From Gammaproteobacteria bacterium (lineage in GTDB: Bacteria; Pseudomonadota; Gammaproteobacteria; Eutrophobiales; Eutrophobiaceae), in assembly GCA_965221695.1 (NCBI GenBank), contig OZ244905.1, forward strand, positions 1 to 64,000: a stretch of DNA of 64,000 nucleotides, read 5' to 3'. Both the position numbers and the translations under genes were made by a program. This document shows positions 26,946-35,931 of this stretch, piece by piece (within the stretch, counting starts at the first letter, position 1; each line of letters starts with the position of its first letter). The notes beneath the pieces are model-generated. The model did no database searches, had not been told where the DNA came from, and was given only the letters and a program-made list of their open reading frames with translations.

Positions 26946-28463
26946 ATGTTTCAAACTCTTCCGGTTCTCAGCTTACTGATCTGGTCCCCCATACTGGGCG
27001 GCATGTTCGCATTGCTGATGGGTGACCGGCAGCGGGAGGCAGTCAAATTATTTGCGCTGATAATATCCTCTTTTGTTTTCCTGTTATCGACATTGCTGTA
27101 CTTTCGCTTCGATACGACTACTGTCCTGATGCAGTTTGTCGAATACTCCGGATGGATAGATACGTTCAATATCAATTATCACCTCGGCGTTGATGGCATC
27201 TCAGCGCCGCTGATTCTGTTGACCACGTTTACCACCGTGCTGGTGATCATCGCCTGCTGGGTGGTGATTGAAAAAAGGTTATCTCAGTACCTGGCCGCGT
27301 TCCTGATCCTTGAAGGTCTGATGAATGGGGTATTCGCATCTCTTGATGCGATCCTGTTCTACTTTTTTTGGGAGGCTATGCTGATACCCATGTTTTTGAT
27401 CATAGGAGTATGGGGCGGGCCGCGGCGCATCTATGCCACCATCAAGTTTTTCCTGTACACCTTTCTGGGGTCGGTATTCATGTTGGTGGCCTTGCTGTAC
27501 CTGTACTCGAAGATGGGAAGCTTCTACATCTTTGACCTGTACAAGCTGCCTTTATCGCTTGCCGAGCAGAAGTGGATATTCATTGCGTTCCTGCTCGCGT
27601 TCGCAGTGAAAATACCCATGTGGCCGGTCCACACTTGGTTGCCCGACGCGCATGTGGAGGCGCCTACCGGTGGCTCTGTGATTCTGGCAGCAATACTATT
27701 GAAGATGGGCGGATACGGATTTATTCGTTTCAGTCTTCCCATCACGCCGGATGCCGGCGCGGCAATGGCTGATTTCATGATCCTGTTGTCATTGATCGCG
27801 ATCGTCTATATCGGCTTTGTTGCCCTTGCTCAACAGGATATGAAAAAACTGATTGCCTACTCGTCCGTCTCCCATATGGGTTTTGTCACGCTGGGATTTT
27901 TTATCGTGTTTTCTATTATGGAACAGGCCGGGTCGAACGTGGATGCGGCGCTGGGTCTGGCTGGAGCGATGATGCAGATGATCTCCCATGGCCTGATATC
28001 AGCCGCTCTGTTCCTCTGCGTTGGCGTGATGTATGACCGGGTGCATAGCCGGATGATCACCGATTATGGTGGCGTCGCCAATACCATGCCTGTATTCGCG
28101 TCGTTTATGATGTTGTTTGCCATGGCCAACGCCGGTTTGCCCGGCACTTCCGGGTTTGTCGGTGAATTCCTGGTCATCCTGAGCAGTTTTCGCGCCAACG
28201 CCTGGATTGCCATAATCGCCGCGACTGTCCTGGTACTGGGCGCAGCTTACACCTTATGGATGTATAAACGCGTCATTTTCGGCGCTGTAGCCAATGAGAA
28301 AGTGGCCGGCTTGCAGGATATTTCACTGCGTGAGACTTCGTTCCTGTTATTACTCGCCATCGCAGTGTTGTTGCTGGGTCTGTGGCCGGCGCCGTTGTTC
28401 GAAGTAATGGATGCCACACTCAATCATCTCGTGGAGCAGATATCTCAATCCAGGATTAACTGA
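26946..28463 (+). CDS. nuoM: NADH-quinone oxidoreductase subunit M
   Basis: GVDGIS, FAVKIPMWPVHTWLPDAHVEAPT, AYSSVSHMG. Confidence 0.96.
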   Translation: MFQTLPVLSLLIWSPILGGMFALLMGDRQREAVKLFALIISSFVFLLSTLLYFRFDTTTVLMQFVEYSGWIDTFNINYHLGVDGISAPLILLTTFTTVLVIIACWVVIEKRLSQYLAAFLILEGLMNGVFASLDAILFYFFWEAMLIPMFLIIGVWGGPRRIYATIKFFLYTFLGSVFMLVALLYLYSKMGSFYIFDLYKLPLSLAEQKWIFIAFLLAFAVKIPMWPVHTWLPDAHVEAPTGGSVILAAILLKMGGYGFIRFSLPITPDAGAAMADFMILLSLIAIVYIGFVALAQQDMKKLIAYSSVSHMGFVTLGFFIVFSIMEQAGSNVDAALGLAGAMMQMISHGLISAALFLCVGVMYDRVHSRMITDYGGVANTMPVFASFMMLFAMANAGLPGTSGFVGEFLVILSSFRANAWIAIIAATVLVLGAAYTLWMYKRVIFGAVANEKVAGLQDISLRETSFLLLLAIAVLLLGLWPAPLFEVMDATLNHLVEQISQSRIN

Positions 28464-28465
28464 AT

Positions 28466-29914
28466 ATGTCCGTGACTGCCGAAATCCTGTTTGTATTGCC
28501 GGAGCTTGTCCTGTTGACGCTTGCCTGTCTGACCCTGGTTTGCGATGTGTTCTGGGGCAAGCAAAATAAACCTTGGACTTGCTTGCTGGCCCAGACCTCC
28601 CTGGCGATTGTCATGGTTCTCGTGATCTGGCAGTATCCCGATGCGCGCGTCGCGGTATTCAATCAGCATTTCATCCTTGATCCTTTGAGCGCCGTGCTCA
28701 AGGTCACTGTCTGCGCAGCTTCCATATTTGTGTTTATGTATTCATACCATTACTTTCGTCAGCGCGATCAGCTACAGGGAGAATATTTCGTAATCGGATT
28801 ATTTGCCGTGCTGGGGATGCTGGTCATGATCTCCGCGTACAGCATGCTGACCGTTTACCTGGGCCTTGAACTCATGTCGCTCTCCCTGTACGCAATGGTA
28901 GCGATGAACAAGGAGTCGGGAACCGCCTCCGAGGCGGCTATGAAATACTTTGTCCTGGGCGCTCTGGCGTCCGGTTTACTGTTATACGGAATTTCAATTT
29001 TATACGGTGTCTCCGGTACGCTCATACTTCCGGAACTTGCCGCGCATCTCGGTTCGCCTGTTGACAACAGGGTAGTGTTCTTGTTCGGGTTGGTGTTCGT
29101 GGTTGTCGGTATCGCATTCAAGCTGGGCGCGGCGCCGTTCCACTCCTGGCTGCCTGACGTGTATGAAGGCTCTCCTACGGCGGTAACCCTGTTCCTGGCT
29201 ACGGCGCCGAAAGTGGCCGCTTTTGCCCTAGCGGTACGTCTACTTATCGACGGCATGCAGCCACTGCACGTTGACTGGCAGGGAATGCTGATTATTCTAT
29301 CTCTGTTGTCTATGGCAGTCGGAAATATCATTGCCATCGCTCAGTCCAATATAAAACGGATGCTGGCTTATTCCGCCATCGCACACGCCGGTTTCCTGAT
29401 CCTCGGTATTTTGCCGGGCCTGCAGCCCGAACAGGGCGTGACATATGGCGGCGCTTTGTTCTATGTGATTGCTTATGTGATCATGAGCATGGGCGCTTTC
29501 GGTTTCATCATACTGGCAGGTCGCAAGGGGCATGAAGCTGATAACCTTGATGATTACAAGGGCCTTGCTGATGCCAGCCCCTGGTTTGCCTTGATCATGT
29601 TGCTGTTCATGTTCTCCCTGGCTGGTGTCCCCCCGTTTCTGGGGTTTTGGGCGAAGTGGCATGTGATCAAGGAAGTGGTTGCAATCGGACATACCTGGCT
29701 GGCAGTCTTGGCTGTTATCTTTTCTGTGATTGGCGCCTATTATTATTTGCGGGTGGTCAAGCTCATGTATTTTGATCAAGCGGAAACTGCGCATGATATT
29801 AGCGCAGACACCCAGGTTAAAGCGTTGATAAGCCTAAACGGTCTGGCAATCCTGGCGTTGGGTCTTGCGCCAGGTGGACTCTTGAATATCTGTGCTTACG
29901 TATCGGGATTTTGA
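28466..29914 (+). CDS. nuoN: NADH-quinone oxidoreductase subunit N
   Basis: EAAMKYFVLG, FKLGAAPFHSWLPDVYEG, KRMLAYSAIAH. Confidence 0.96.
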   Translation: MSVTAEILFVLPELVLLTLACLTLVCDVFWGKQNKPWTCLLAQTSLAIVMVLVIWQYPDARVAVFNQHFILDPLSAVLKVTVCAASIFVFMYSYHYFRQRDQLQGEYFVIGLFAVLGMLVMISAYSMLTVYLGLELMSLSLYAMVAMNKESGTASEAAMKYFVLGALASGLLLYGISILYGVSGTLILPELAAHLGSPVDNRVVFLFGLVFVVVGIAFKLGAAPFHSWLPDVYEGSPTAVTLFLATAPKVAAFALAVRLLIDGMQPLHVDWQGMLIILSLLSMAVGNIIAIAQSNIKRMLAYSAIAHAGFLILGILPGLQPEQGVTYGGALFYVIAYVIMSMGAFGFIILAGRKGHEADNLDDYKGLADASPWFALIMLLFMFSLAGVPPFLGFWAKWHVIKEVVAIGHTWLAVLAVIFSVIGAYYYLRVVKLMYFDQAETAHDISADTQVKALISLNGLAILALGLAPGGLLNICAYVSGF

Positions 29915-29955
29915 TCCTGCTGCTAAGAAATCCGGGCTGATCCGGCCAAAATCCA

Positions 29956-30249
29956 ATGTCTGCGGGCAATATTACCTGGCTGTTGATTATTTCTGCGGTT
30001 TTTCTGGCAAACTTTCCCTGGTTTTACCGAGGTTTCCTGCTGTTCATAAGGCCCGAGAAGAAGAAAATCTGGATGTGCCTGCTGGAATGGTTGTTGTTGT
30101 ATTTTCTGGCGGGTTTCCTGGCGCTGGGAGTTGAGAAGAAAATGCAAGGGGAAACCCATGCCCAGGACTGGGAATTTTATGCGGTCACCTTTTTTTTATT
30201 CCTGGTGTTTGCCTTTCCCGGTTTGATTTATCGGTCTGCCATACGTTAA
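29956..30249 (+). CDS. Small membrane protein downstream of nuoN (DUF2818-like)
   Basis: LANFPW...QDWEFYAVT...VFAFPG, in the usual position after nuoN. Confidence 0.8.
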   Translation: MSAGNITWLLIISAVFLANFPWFYRGFLLFIRPEKKKIWMCLLEWLLLYFLAGFLALGVEKKMQGETHAQDWEFYAVTFFLFLVFAFPGLIYRSAIR

Positions 30250-30280
30250 GGACACTCTGATTAAGTCAGAGTTTCCTTAA
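30246..30280. mobile_element. Minimal 27 bp derivative of the 151 bp MITE (two termini joined)
   Basis: TTAA-GGACACTCTGATTAAGTCAGAGTTTCC-TTAA. Confidence 0.7.
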
Positions 30281-31123
30281 AATACCCGGCGCCGGCGCTG
30301 CGATTTGCTGCCCCATCGCCACCTCTGCGCCGGGAGCGACCCAGTTGATTTTATTCGGTTCTGTCAGCAGGATGACCGTAGATCCCATATTGAAGCGTCC
30401 GATTTCATCTCCCTGTGCGAATGCCATGCCAGGCTCATAGCGCCAGCAGGCAAATTCCCGTTGTCCGGCAGGAGTCACCTGGCCATGCCATACCGTTTCC
30501 ACCGAACCTACAAATATCGCGCCAATGAAAATAACGGACATCATGCCGATAGCTGTGCGAAAAGTCGTTATCACGCGCTCATTGCGGGCAAACAATCTAT
30601 CCACCCGTTGCGTGTTGCGAAGGTTGACGGAGAATAATTGTCCGGGAATATAGGCCATGTAACGCAATTCTCCGTCGATAGGCATATGTGCCCGGTGGTA
30701 ATCACGGGGAGACAGGTAAAGTGTAATATAGTTGCCGTTCCGGTAATATCCGATATGTTCAGGATCTCCGTTCACCAGTTCGGCAAGTGAATAATCCTTA
30801 CCCTTGGCCTGCAACAGCCGTGTGTTTTTCAGCGCCCCTTTAGCGCTGATGGCTCCATCAACTGGCGAAATCAGGCCGCCTTCGGTTCGGGTTATGGTTA
30901 GCCGGGAGGGTTTAAGGGCACGAGTAAAAAACTCGTTAAAGCTCGCGTAACTATGAACTGAAGACTCCTCGGCCAAGCTCAGGTCGACCTTGTATTTCCA
31001 TATGAATAATCGGATCAAGGCATTTTTCCAGGGACGCCAGGGACAACGGGTTGCCTTATATATCAGCCTGGATAACTGAATCAAAAATCCCAGTTTCACG
31101 GATTCTCGGGTCATTATGGCCAC
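30266..31123 (-). CDS. psd: Phosphatidylserine decarboxylase proenzyme
   Basis: SFNEFFTRAL, SPVDG, YLSPRDYHR, LFARNERV, GRFNMGSTV self-cleavage motif. Confidence 0.93.
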   Translation of the reverse strand: MAIMTRESVKLGFLIQLSRLIYKATRCPWRPWKNALIRLFIWKYKVDLSLAEESSVHSYASFNEFFTRALKPSRLTITRTEGGLISPVDGAISAKGALKNTRLLQAKGKDYSLAELVNGDPEHIGYYRNGNYITLYLSPRDYHRAHMPIDGELRYMAYIPGQLFSVNLRNTQRVDRLFARNERVITTFRTAIGMMSVIFIGAIFVGSVETVWHGQVTPAGQREFACWRYEPGMAFAQGDEIGRFNMGSTVILLTEPNKINWVAPGAEVAMGQQIAAPAPGILRKL

Positions 31124-31130
31124 TTATTAT

Positions 31131-31370
31131 CTAGTACTCTTTCAACCAGGCATCGAGCTCGGTGGTTTTTAATTCCTCAATGGTGTATGCGTTAAAGGCT
31201 TTGTAGACCTTCCAGTTGTAGATCTTCATCTCGAGCTCCAGCTTATCCATGTCGCTTACCTTTGCCGATCGGTCTTGGTATTTTCTGATTTGGCCGTCGG
31301 CATAGTCATTGCATTGTCGGATGAATTTGCTGATGATTGCTTTCTTGTCAGCGATACTGGCGCTTTTCAT
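31131..31370 (-). CDS. Hypothetical small protein (79 aa)
   Basis: GGAGG ribosome-binding site upstream, ending 8 bp before the psd start, helical protein-like composition. Confidence 0.7.
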   Translation of the reverse strand: MKSASIADKKAIISKFIRQCNDYADGQIRKYQDRSAKVSDMDKLELEMKIYNWKVYKAFNAYTIEELKTTELDAWLKEY

Positions 31371-31564
31371 TTGCTCCTCCTGCCGGTGTTCGGTAATACT
31401 CCAGATCCTGCGTCAAAAATCCGGATGGGCACATTTTGCCTGTTTTCCGCTGGCCTGTCAGGCTTCACGATTTATTTCCGCAACAGCCGATATGATGTAT
31501 AGTAGAGAATCACTGAACAACTGCAAAATCATCACCGGGTAATTTTACCTTTTGGGGGGGAGTT

Positions 31565-32809
31565 ATGACTGATTATGTTGCACATAACCTGCCTGACGTG
31601 GATTTGACGGATCACTTGCGCGGGATTCTGGAGCAACTGGATGCGTCCAATGTTGAATTGAAGGACTGTCTTAGTATGCCGTCTGCGGTGTATACCTCCG
31701 AGGAGTGGTTCGAGTTCGAGAAGAGGGCTGTCTGGGATAGGGAGTGGATATGTGTCGGACATATCGGCGTTATCCCCCGGCCGGGTGACTATGTCTCCAT
31801 CACTATCAACGAAGATCCATTACTGGTACAACGGAAAGATGACGGCGGCGTACGCGTGATGTCTGCCGTGTGCCAGCACCGGGGCCATGTGCTGGGCGAG
31901 GAAAAAGGCAATACCCGAATGTTTACCTGCCCCTTCCATGGCTGGTCTTACGATGAAACGGGCAAACTGGTCAGCGCCCCGGAGATGGACACCCACGCCA
32001 GCCTGGCGGAATTACAACAGAAACATTGTTTGCCGACGTTGCGCACAGAAGTCTGGAACGGTTTTATATTCATTAATATGGATGGCCAGGCCAAGCCGCT
32101 GGCGCCGCGCTTGAAACGTCTTACCAAGGAAATTGAGAACCATAAGCTTGCTGAGATGGGTGGCGTGCCTACCGTGGACTGGGGGCCAAGCCCGTGGAAC
32201 TGGAAGTTCATGCACGAAAATGCGATAGAACCCCACCACACCTGGTACCTGCACAAGGGTCCCCATGATTTTGCCCCCTCCACGCTGGCCACGTTTGCCG
32301 AATGGGACGATTTTGATGATGGCGCTATCTACCATCCCACCGGATTCCTGGAATTGGACGGTAATTTTACCGCTGCATTTCATTGTCTGTTCCCGGTGAT
32401 CGAGGGATTAACCGAAAATGAACGCAAGCGGGTGATGTTTGCGTGTATTCTACCCAACCTGTTCTTCGGCTGTGTGCCCGACGGCTGTTTTTATTACTGC
32501 ATTTTACCTCAGGGCGCCAACGCCATGACCATACGGGTTGGTTTTATCTATCCCAAATCCACGTTGCGGATGGATAATTTCGATATTATCTTTGAGTCTG
32601 TTGTGCATGGTCTGACAACGCTGAATGATCAGGATACCGGGGCCAATACCAACACTCACAGAGGATTGCGTTCACGTTTTGCGCCACGCGGACGCTATGC
32701 GCCAAAAGAGGCGACATTGCCGCAATTCAACCGCTGGCTGATAACCCGCTACAAGGCTTATGCGGCGGAACTTCAAGGGCGCAAGCAAAGAGGGAGGCGG
32801 GTAGCCTGA
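31565..32809 (+). CDS. Rieske non-heme iron oxygenase, alpha subunit
   Basis: Rieske CQHRG...CPFHGW and mononuclear-iron NWK..HENAIEPHH..YLH...D motifs. Confidence 0.92.
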   Translation: MTDYVAHNLPDVDLTDHLRGILEQLDASNVELKDCLSMPSAVYTSEEWFEFEKRAVWDREWICVGHIGVIPRPGDYVSITINEDPLLVQRKDDGGVRVMSAVCQHRGHVLGEEKGNTRMFTCPFHGWSYDETGKLVSAPEMDTHASLAELQQKHCLPTLRTEVWNGFIFINMDGQAKPLAPRLKRLTKEIENHKLAEMGGVPTVDWGPSPWNWKFMHENAIEPHHTWYLHKGPHDFAPSTLATFAEWDDFDDGAIYHPTGFLELDGNFTAAFHCLFPVIEGLTENERKRVMFACILPNLFFGCVPDGCFYYCILPQGANAMTIRVGFIYPKSTLRMDNFDIIFESVVHGLTTLNDQDTGANTNTHRGLRSRFAPRGRYAPKEATLPQFNRWLITRYKAYAAELQGRKQRGRRVA

Positions 32810-32903
32810 TTCCCGTTGCTGTCCATTACACCTGATAATTCAGAGACTGTGAGGATTGATCAGAAACATTCGTATAGCGAGTCGACAAAAAGGTAATCAT
32901 TCG

Positions 32904-33650
32904 ATGAGTAATGAACTTCAGGAAATCAAGGGACTACTGGAAAAACTGGACGTCAAACTGGGCCGCCTGGAGGATGTGGATGCGATACGGCGGCTTATCG
33001 TCACATACGCCAGGGGGTGCGATCGTGGCAATGACCCGGAAATTATCGGTCCTTGTTTTGCAGAGGACGGTTCCTGGGAATGCAAGGGTTTCGGCAGATA
33101 CCAGGGCCGTGAGCGGTTGGCAAAAGGACTGCGCGGGATAGCCGGCGAGAAAATCTGGTGGTCGTTGCACTACATGATCTCCCCCCTGATAGATATTGCC
33201 CCGGATGGCAACAGCGCCACCGTCTTCTGGTATCTGTGGGAATCGGCAACAGCGCCCAACCCGCACACCGATGAAGCGGAGCCACACTGGATTGGCGGCA
33301 CCTATGACTGCGAGTGTGTAAAACAGGATGGGCGCTGGCTGTTCCAGTCCATGGAGTTGAAGCTGAACATGGTGAGCCCCTACGACGAAGGCTGGGTAAA
33401 AGCCAAATTTTTAGATGGCAGCCGCAACTCCCCATACCTGATGAACTTGGAGCAAGGCGAGTATTACTGGTGCGCCTGCGGTCGATCGAAAAAACAGCCG
33501 TTCTGCGACGGATCCCACACGCAAACAAAACGCGAGCCGGTTAAGTTTGAACTGGACGAGTCCCAACATGTGGCCTTGTGCGGTTGCAAATACTCTAAGA
33601 CCAAACCCTGGTGTGACGGGTCACATTTGAAACTCAACCTGGATAAATAA
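32904..33650 (+). CDS. SnoaL/NTF2-like domain fused to a tandem CDGSH [2Fe-2S] domain
   Basis: N-terminal LEDVDAIRRL..YARGCD...SLHY..SPLI...GTYDCE...DGRWLF. C-terminal CACGRSKKQPFCDGSH and CGCKYSKTKPWCDGSH. Confidence 0.85.
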   Translation: MSNELQEIKGLLEKLDVKLGRLEDVDAIRRLIVTYARGCDRGNDPEIIGPCFAEDGSWECKGFGRYQGRERLAKGLRGIAGEKIWWSLHYMISPLIDIAPDGNSATVFWYLWESATAPNPHTDEAEPHWIGGTYDCECVKQDGRWLFQSMELKLNMVSPYDEGWVKAKFLDGSRNSPYLMNLEQGEYYWCACGRSKKQPFCDGSHTQTKREPVKFELDESQHVALCGCKYSKTKPWCDGSHLKLNLDK

Positions 33651-33812
33651 TCATAATGCGTTTCAGACACGGAGAGCACAGAGGATTTTGCGCCACGAGG
33701 AACACAGAACCAGGGTCGCGCCGTTCCCACCCCCGTTCAGTGTCATTGGGGGCAGGCTGAAAAGTGGGCGCTCAGTCAAACCCTGTGTCGCCGGAGGCGA
33801 CACATCATAATT

Positions 33813-35468
33813 ATGGTAAGTAGAAGAGATTTCCTCAAGACTTCACTCCTGGCCACTGGCGCCCCCCTGGCCGCGCGCGGTGTCGCGACTCAAGATTTCC
33901 CTGCAAAACCTTTGCCTGGTACCCTGACGCTTACCGAGTTTAACCAGGCTGTCGCAGAATTGCGCAAAGCAGTTGGTGACCGTTGGGTGTTTACCGATGA
34001 TGAAACGGAACTGAGAACATACCGGGATGTTTATTCAACCACGCCTGATGAAGCGCACATGCCGGCTGCTGCGGTTGCGCCCAGGAGCGTCGAAGAGATA
34101 CAGGCCATCCTTAAGGTAGCCCGGGATTATCGCATCCCTCTCTGGACTATCTCCAGGGGCAAGAATTATGCTTATGGCGGGCCGGCGCCGATGAAACCCG
34201 GCTATTTTGTCCTCGATTTGAACCGCATGAAGCGTATCATTGAAGTGAATGAAGAGCATGGCTATGCGGTGGTTGAACCGGGAGTGAGTTATTTTGACCT
34301 GTATAACCATTTGCGGCAGCGAGGCAGCAAACTGTGGATAGATCCGGCGGCCCCCGGCTGGGGTAGCGTCCTGGGCAATCTATCCGAACACGGCGCGGGT
34401 TACACCCCTTATGGCGATCACCTGCTGATGAATTGCGGAATGCAGGTGATCCTGGCAGACGGCACGGTGGTTGACACCGGTATGGGCGCACTGACCGGAG
34501 CGGCGACATCCAGTCTGTACAAATATGGTTGTGGCCCATGGGTCGAGGGTATGTTTACCCAGTCAAATTTCGGCATCATAACCAAGGCGGGAATCTGGTT
34601 GATGCCGGAGCCACCCGGATACCGGCCGTACCTGGTGACTTTTCCTCGAGAGGAAGACCTCTACCAGATCACTGAGGTAGTAGGCCCGCTGCGACTCAAT
34701 ATGTTGATACCCAATGCCGCGACCACGGTAGGCCTGATCTGGGAAGCCGCGCCCCGGGTAACCCGGAAGCAGTATTACACCGGCGCCGGCCCCATGCCTA
34801 TGCGTCACCGTCAGAAGATGGCAGAGGATTTGAACATCGGTATGTGGAATTTCTACGGCGCCTTGTACGGACCGAAGCCGATTATGGATAACAACTGGAA
34901 AATCCTGGAAGAAGCTTTTCGCAGCATCCGCGGCGCCCGTTTTTTCTTTGAAGGAGACCGGCCTGGCGATCCGGCCTGGCGTTACCGGGCGCAGCTCATG
35001 CGCGGCACACCGAACATGACAGAGTTCAGCCTGATGAACTGGGTAGGCAGTGGCGCGCATATTGATTTTTCACCCCGCTCGCCGGTAACCGGCGAAGATT
35101 CAATGCGGCAGTTCACCCTGATCAAGGATCGGGCGAACGAATACGGTTTCGATTACATTGGTGAGTTCCTGGTAGGCTGGCGCGAACTTCTGAATATCTT
35201 TCAACTGGTGTTCGATCGTCTGAATGATGATGAGCGGCGGCGCGCGCATGACTGTTTTGGCCATCTAATCGACGATTTTGCCGAGCACGGTTATGGCGAG
35301 TATCGCACTCACCTTGACTTTATGGATCAGATCGCCGGAACCTACAACTGGAATGACGGCGCCCTGTGGAAATTGCATCACAGGCTGAAACAGGCGTTGG
35401 ATCCTATTGGCATTCTGTCTCCAGGCAAGAGCGGTATCTGGCCGGCGCCACAGAACAGACTTGGTTAG
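33813..35468 (+). CDS. Tat-exported VAO/PCMH-family flavoprotein (4-alkylphenol oxidising subgroup)
   Basis: Tat motif SRRDFLK, ISRGKNYAYGG, VEPGVSYFDLY, GYTPYGDH, QSNFGIITK, GEYRTH, DPIGILSPGKSGIWP. Confidence 0.9.
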   Translation: MVSRRDFLKTSLLATGAPLAARGVATQDFPAKPLPGTLTLTEFNQAVAELRKAVGDRWVFTDDETELRTYRDVYSTTPDEAHMPAAAVAPRSVEEIQAILKVARDYRIPLWTISRGKNYAYGGPAPMKPGYFVLDLNRMKRIIEVNEEHGYAVVEPGVSYFDLYNHLRQRGSKLWIDPAAPGWGSVLGNLSEHGAGYTPYGDHLLMNCGMQVILADGTVVDTGMGALTGAATSSLYKYGCGPWVEGMFTQSNFGIITKAGIWLMPEPPGYRPYLVTFPREEDLYQITEVVGPLRLNMLIPNAATTVGLIWEAAPRVTRKQYYTGAGPMPMRHRQKMAEDLNIGMWNFYGALYGPKPIMDNNWKILEEAFRSIRGARFFFEGDRPGDPAWRYRAQLMRGTPNMTEFSLMNWVGSGAHIDFSPRSPVTGEDSMRQFTLIKDRANEYGFDYIGEFLVGWRELLNIFQLVFDRLNDDERRRAHDCFGHLIDDFAEHGYGEYRTHLDFMDQIAGTYNWNDGALWKLHHRLKQALDPIGILSPGKSGIWPAPQNRLG

Positions 35469-35481
35469 TTACGGGAGGAAA

Positions 35482-35931
35482 ATGTTTGTTGTCAAAGAGA
35501 GACGGACGCTACAGCCCAGAGTAAAAATGATATTTTTTACTCTGGGCCGCAGTGTCTCACTACTCTTTGTGGCTTCTCTGTTAGCGCTGTCGTCCGGCTG
35601 CGGTAATGATGGACCTGCCAGTTCGGAAAAGCCGGCGCTGGCGAGCAACATTCCCGACACAATGGAGGATGTCCATGACGGCAGAACATTGTTCGAGTTG
35701 CACTGCATTGCTTGTCACGGCGCAGGGGCAGGCTATCCGGGAACCATGCGTTTGCAGGAAAGAGTGGGCGAGCAACAGGCTGCGCTATTGGACCGGGATA
35801 ACCTCCCGCCTGACTATATAAAACTTGTGGTGCGGGAAGGGTTTAAACTGATGCCGCCTTTTCGACCCAGTGAGTTGTCCGACGAGCAGTTGCATGAGCT
35901 GGCTGCTTATATAGCTGGAGAGGTTGACTGA
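35482..35931 (+). CDS. Monoheme cytochrome c (PchC-like), predicted lipoprotein
   Basis: CIACH, VVREGFKLMPPFRPSELSD (PchC-like), and a lipobox-like LSSGC after a hydrophobic stretch. Confidence 0.85.
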   Translation: MFVVKERRTLQPRVKMIFFTLGRSVSLLFVASLLALSSGCGNDGPASSEKPALASNIPDTMEDVHDGRTLFELHCIACHGAGAGYPGTMRLQERVGEQQAALLDRDNLPPDYIKLVVREGFKLMPPFRPSELSDEQLHELAAYIAGEVD

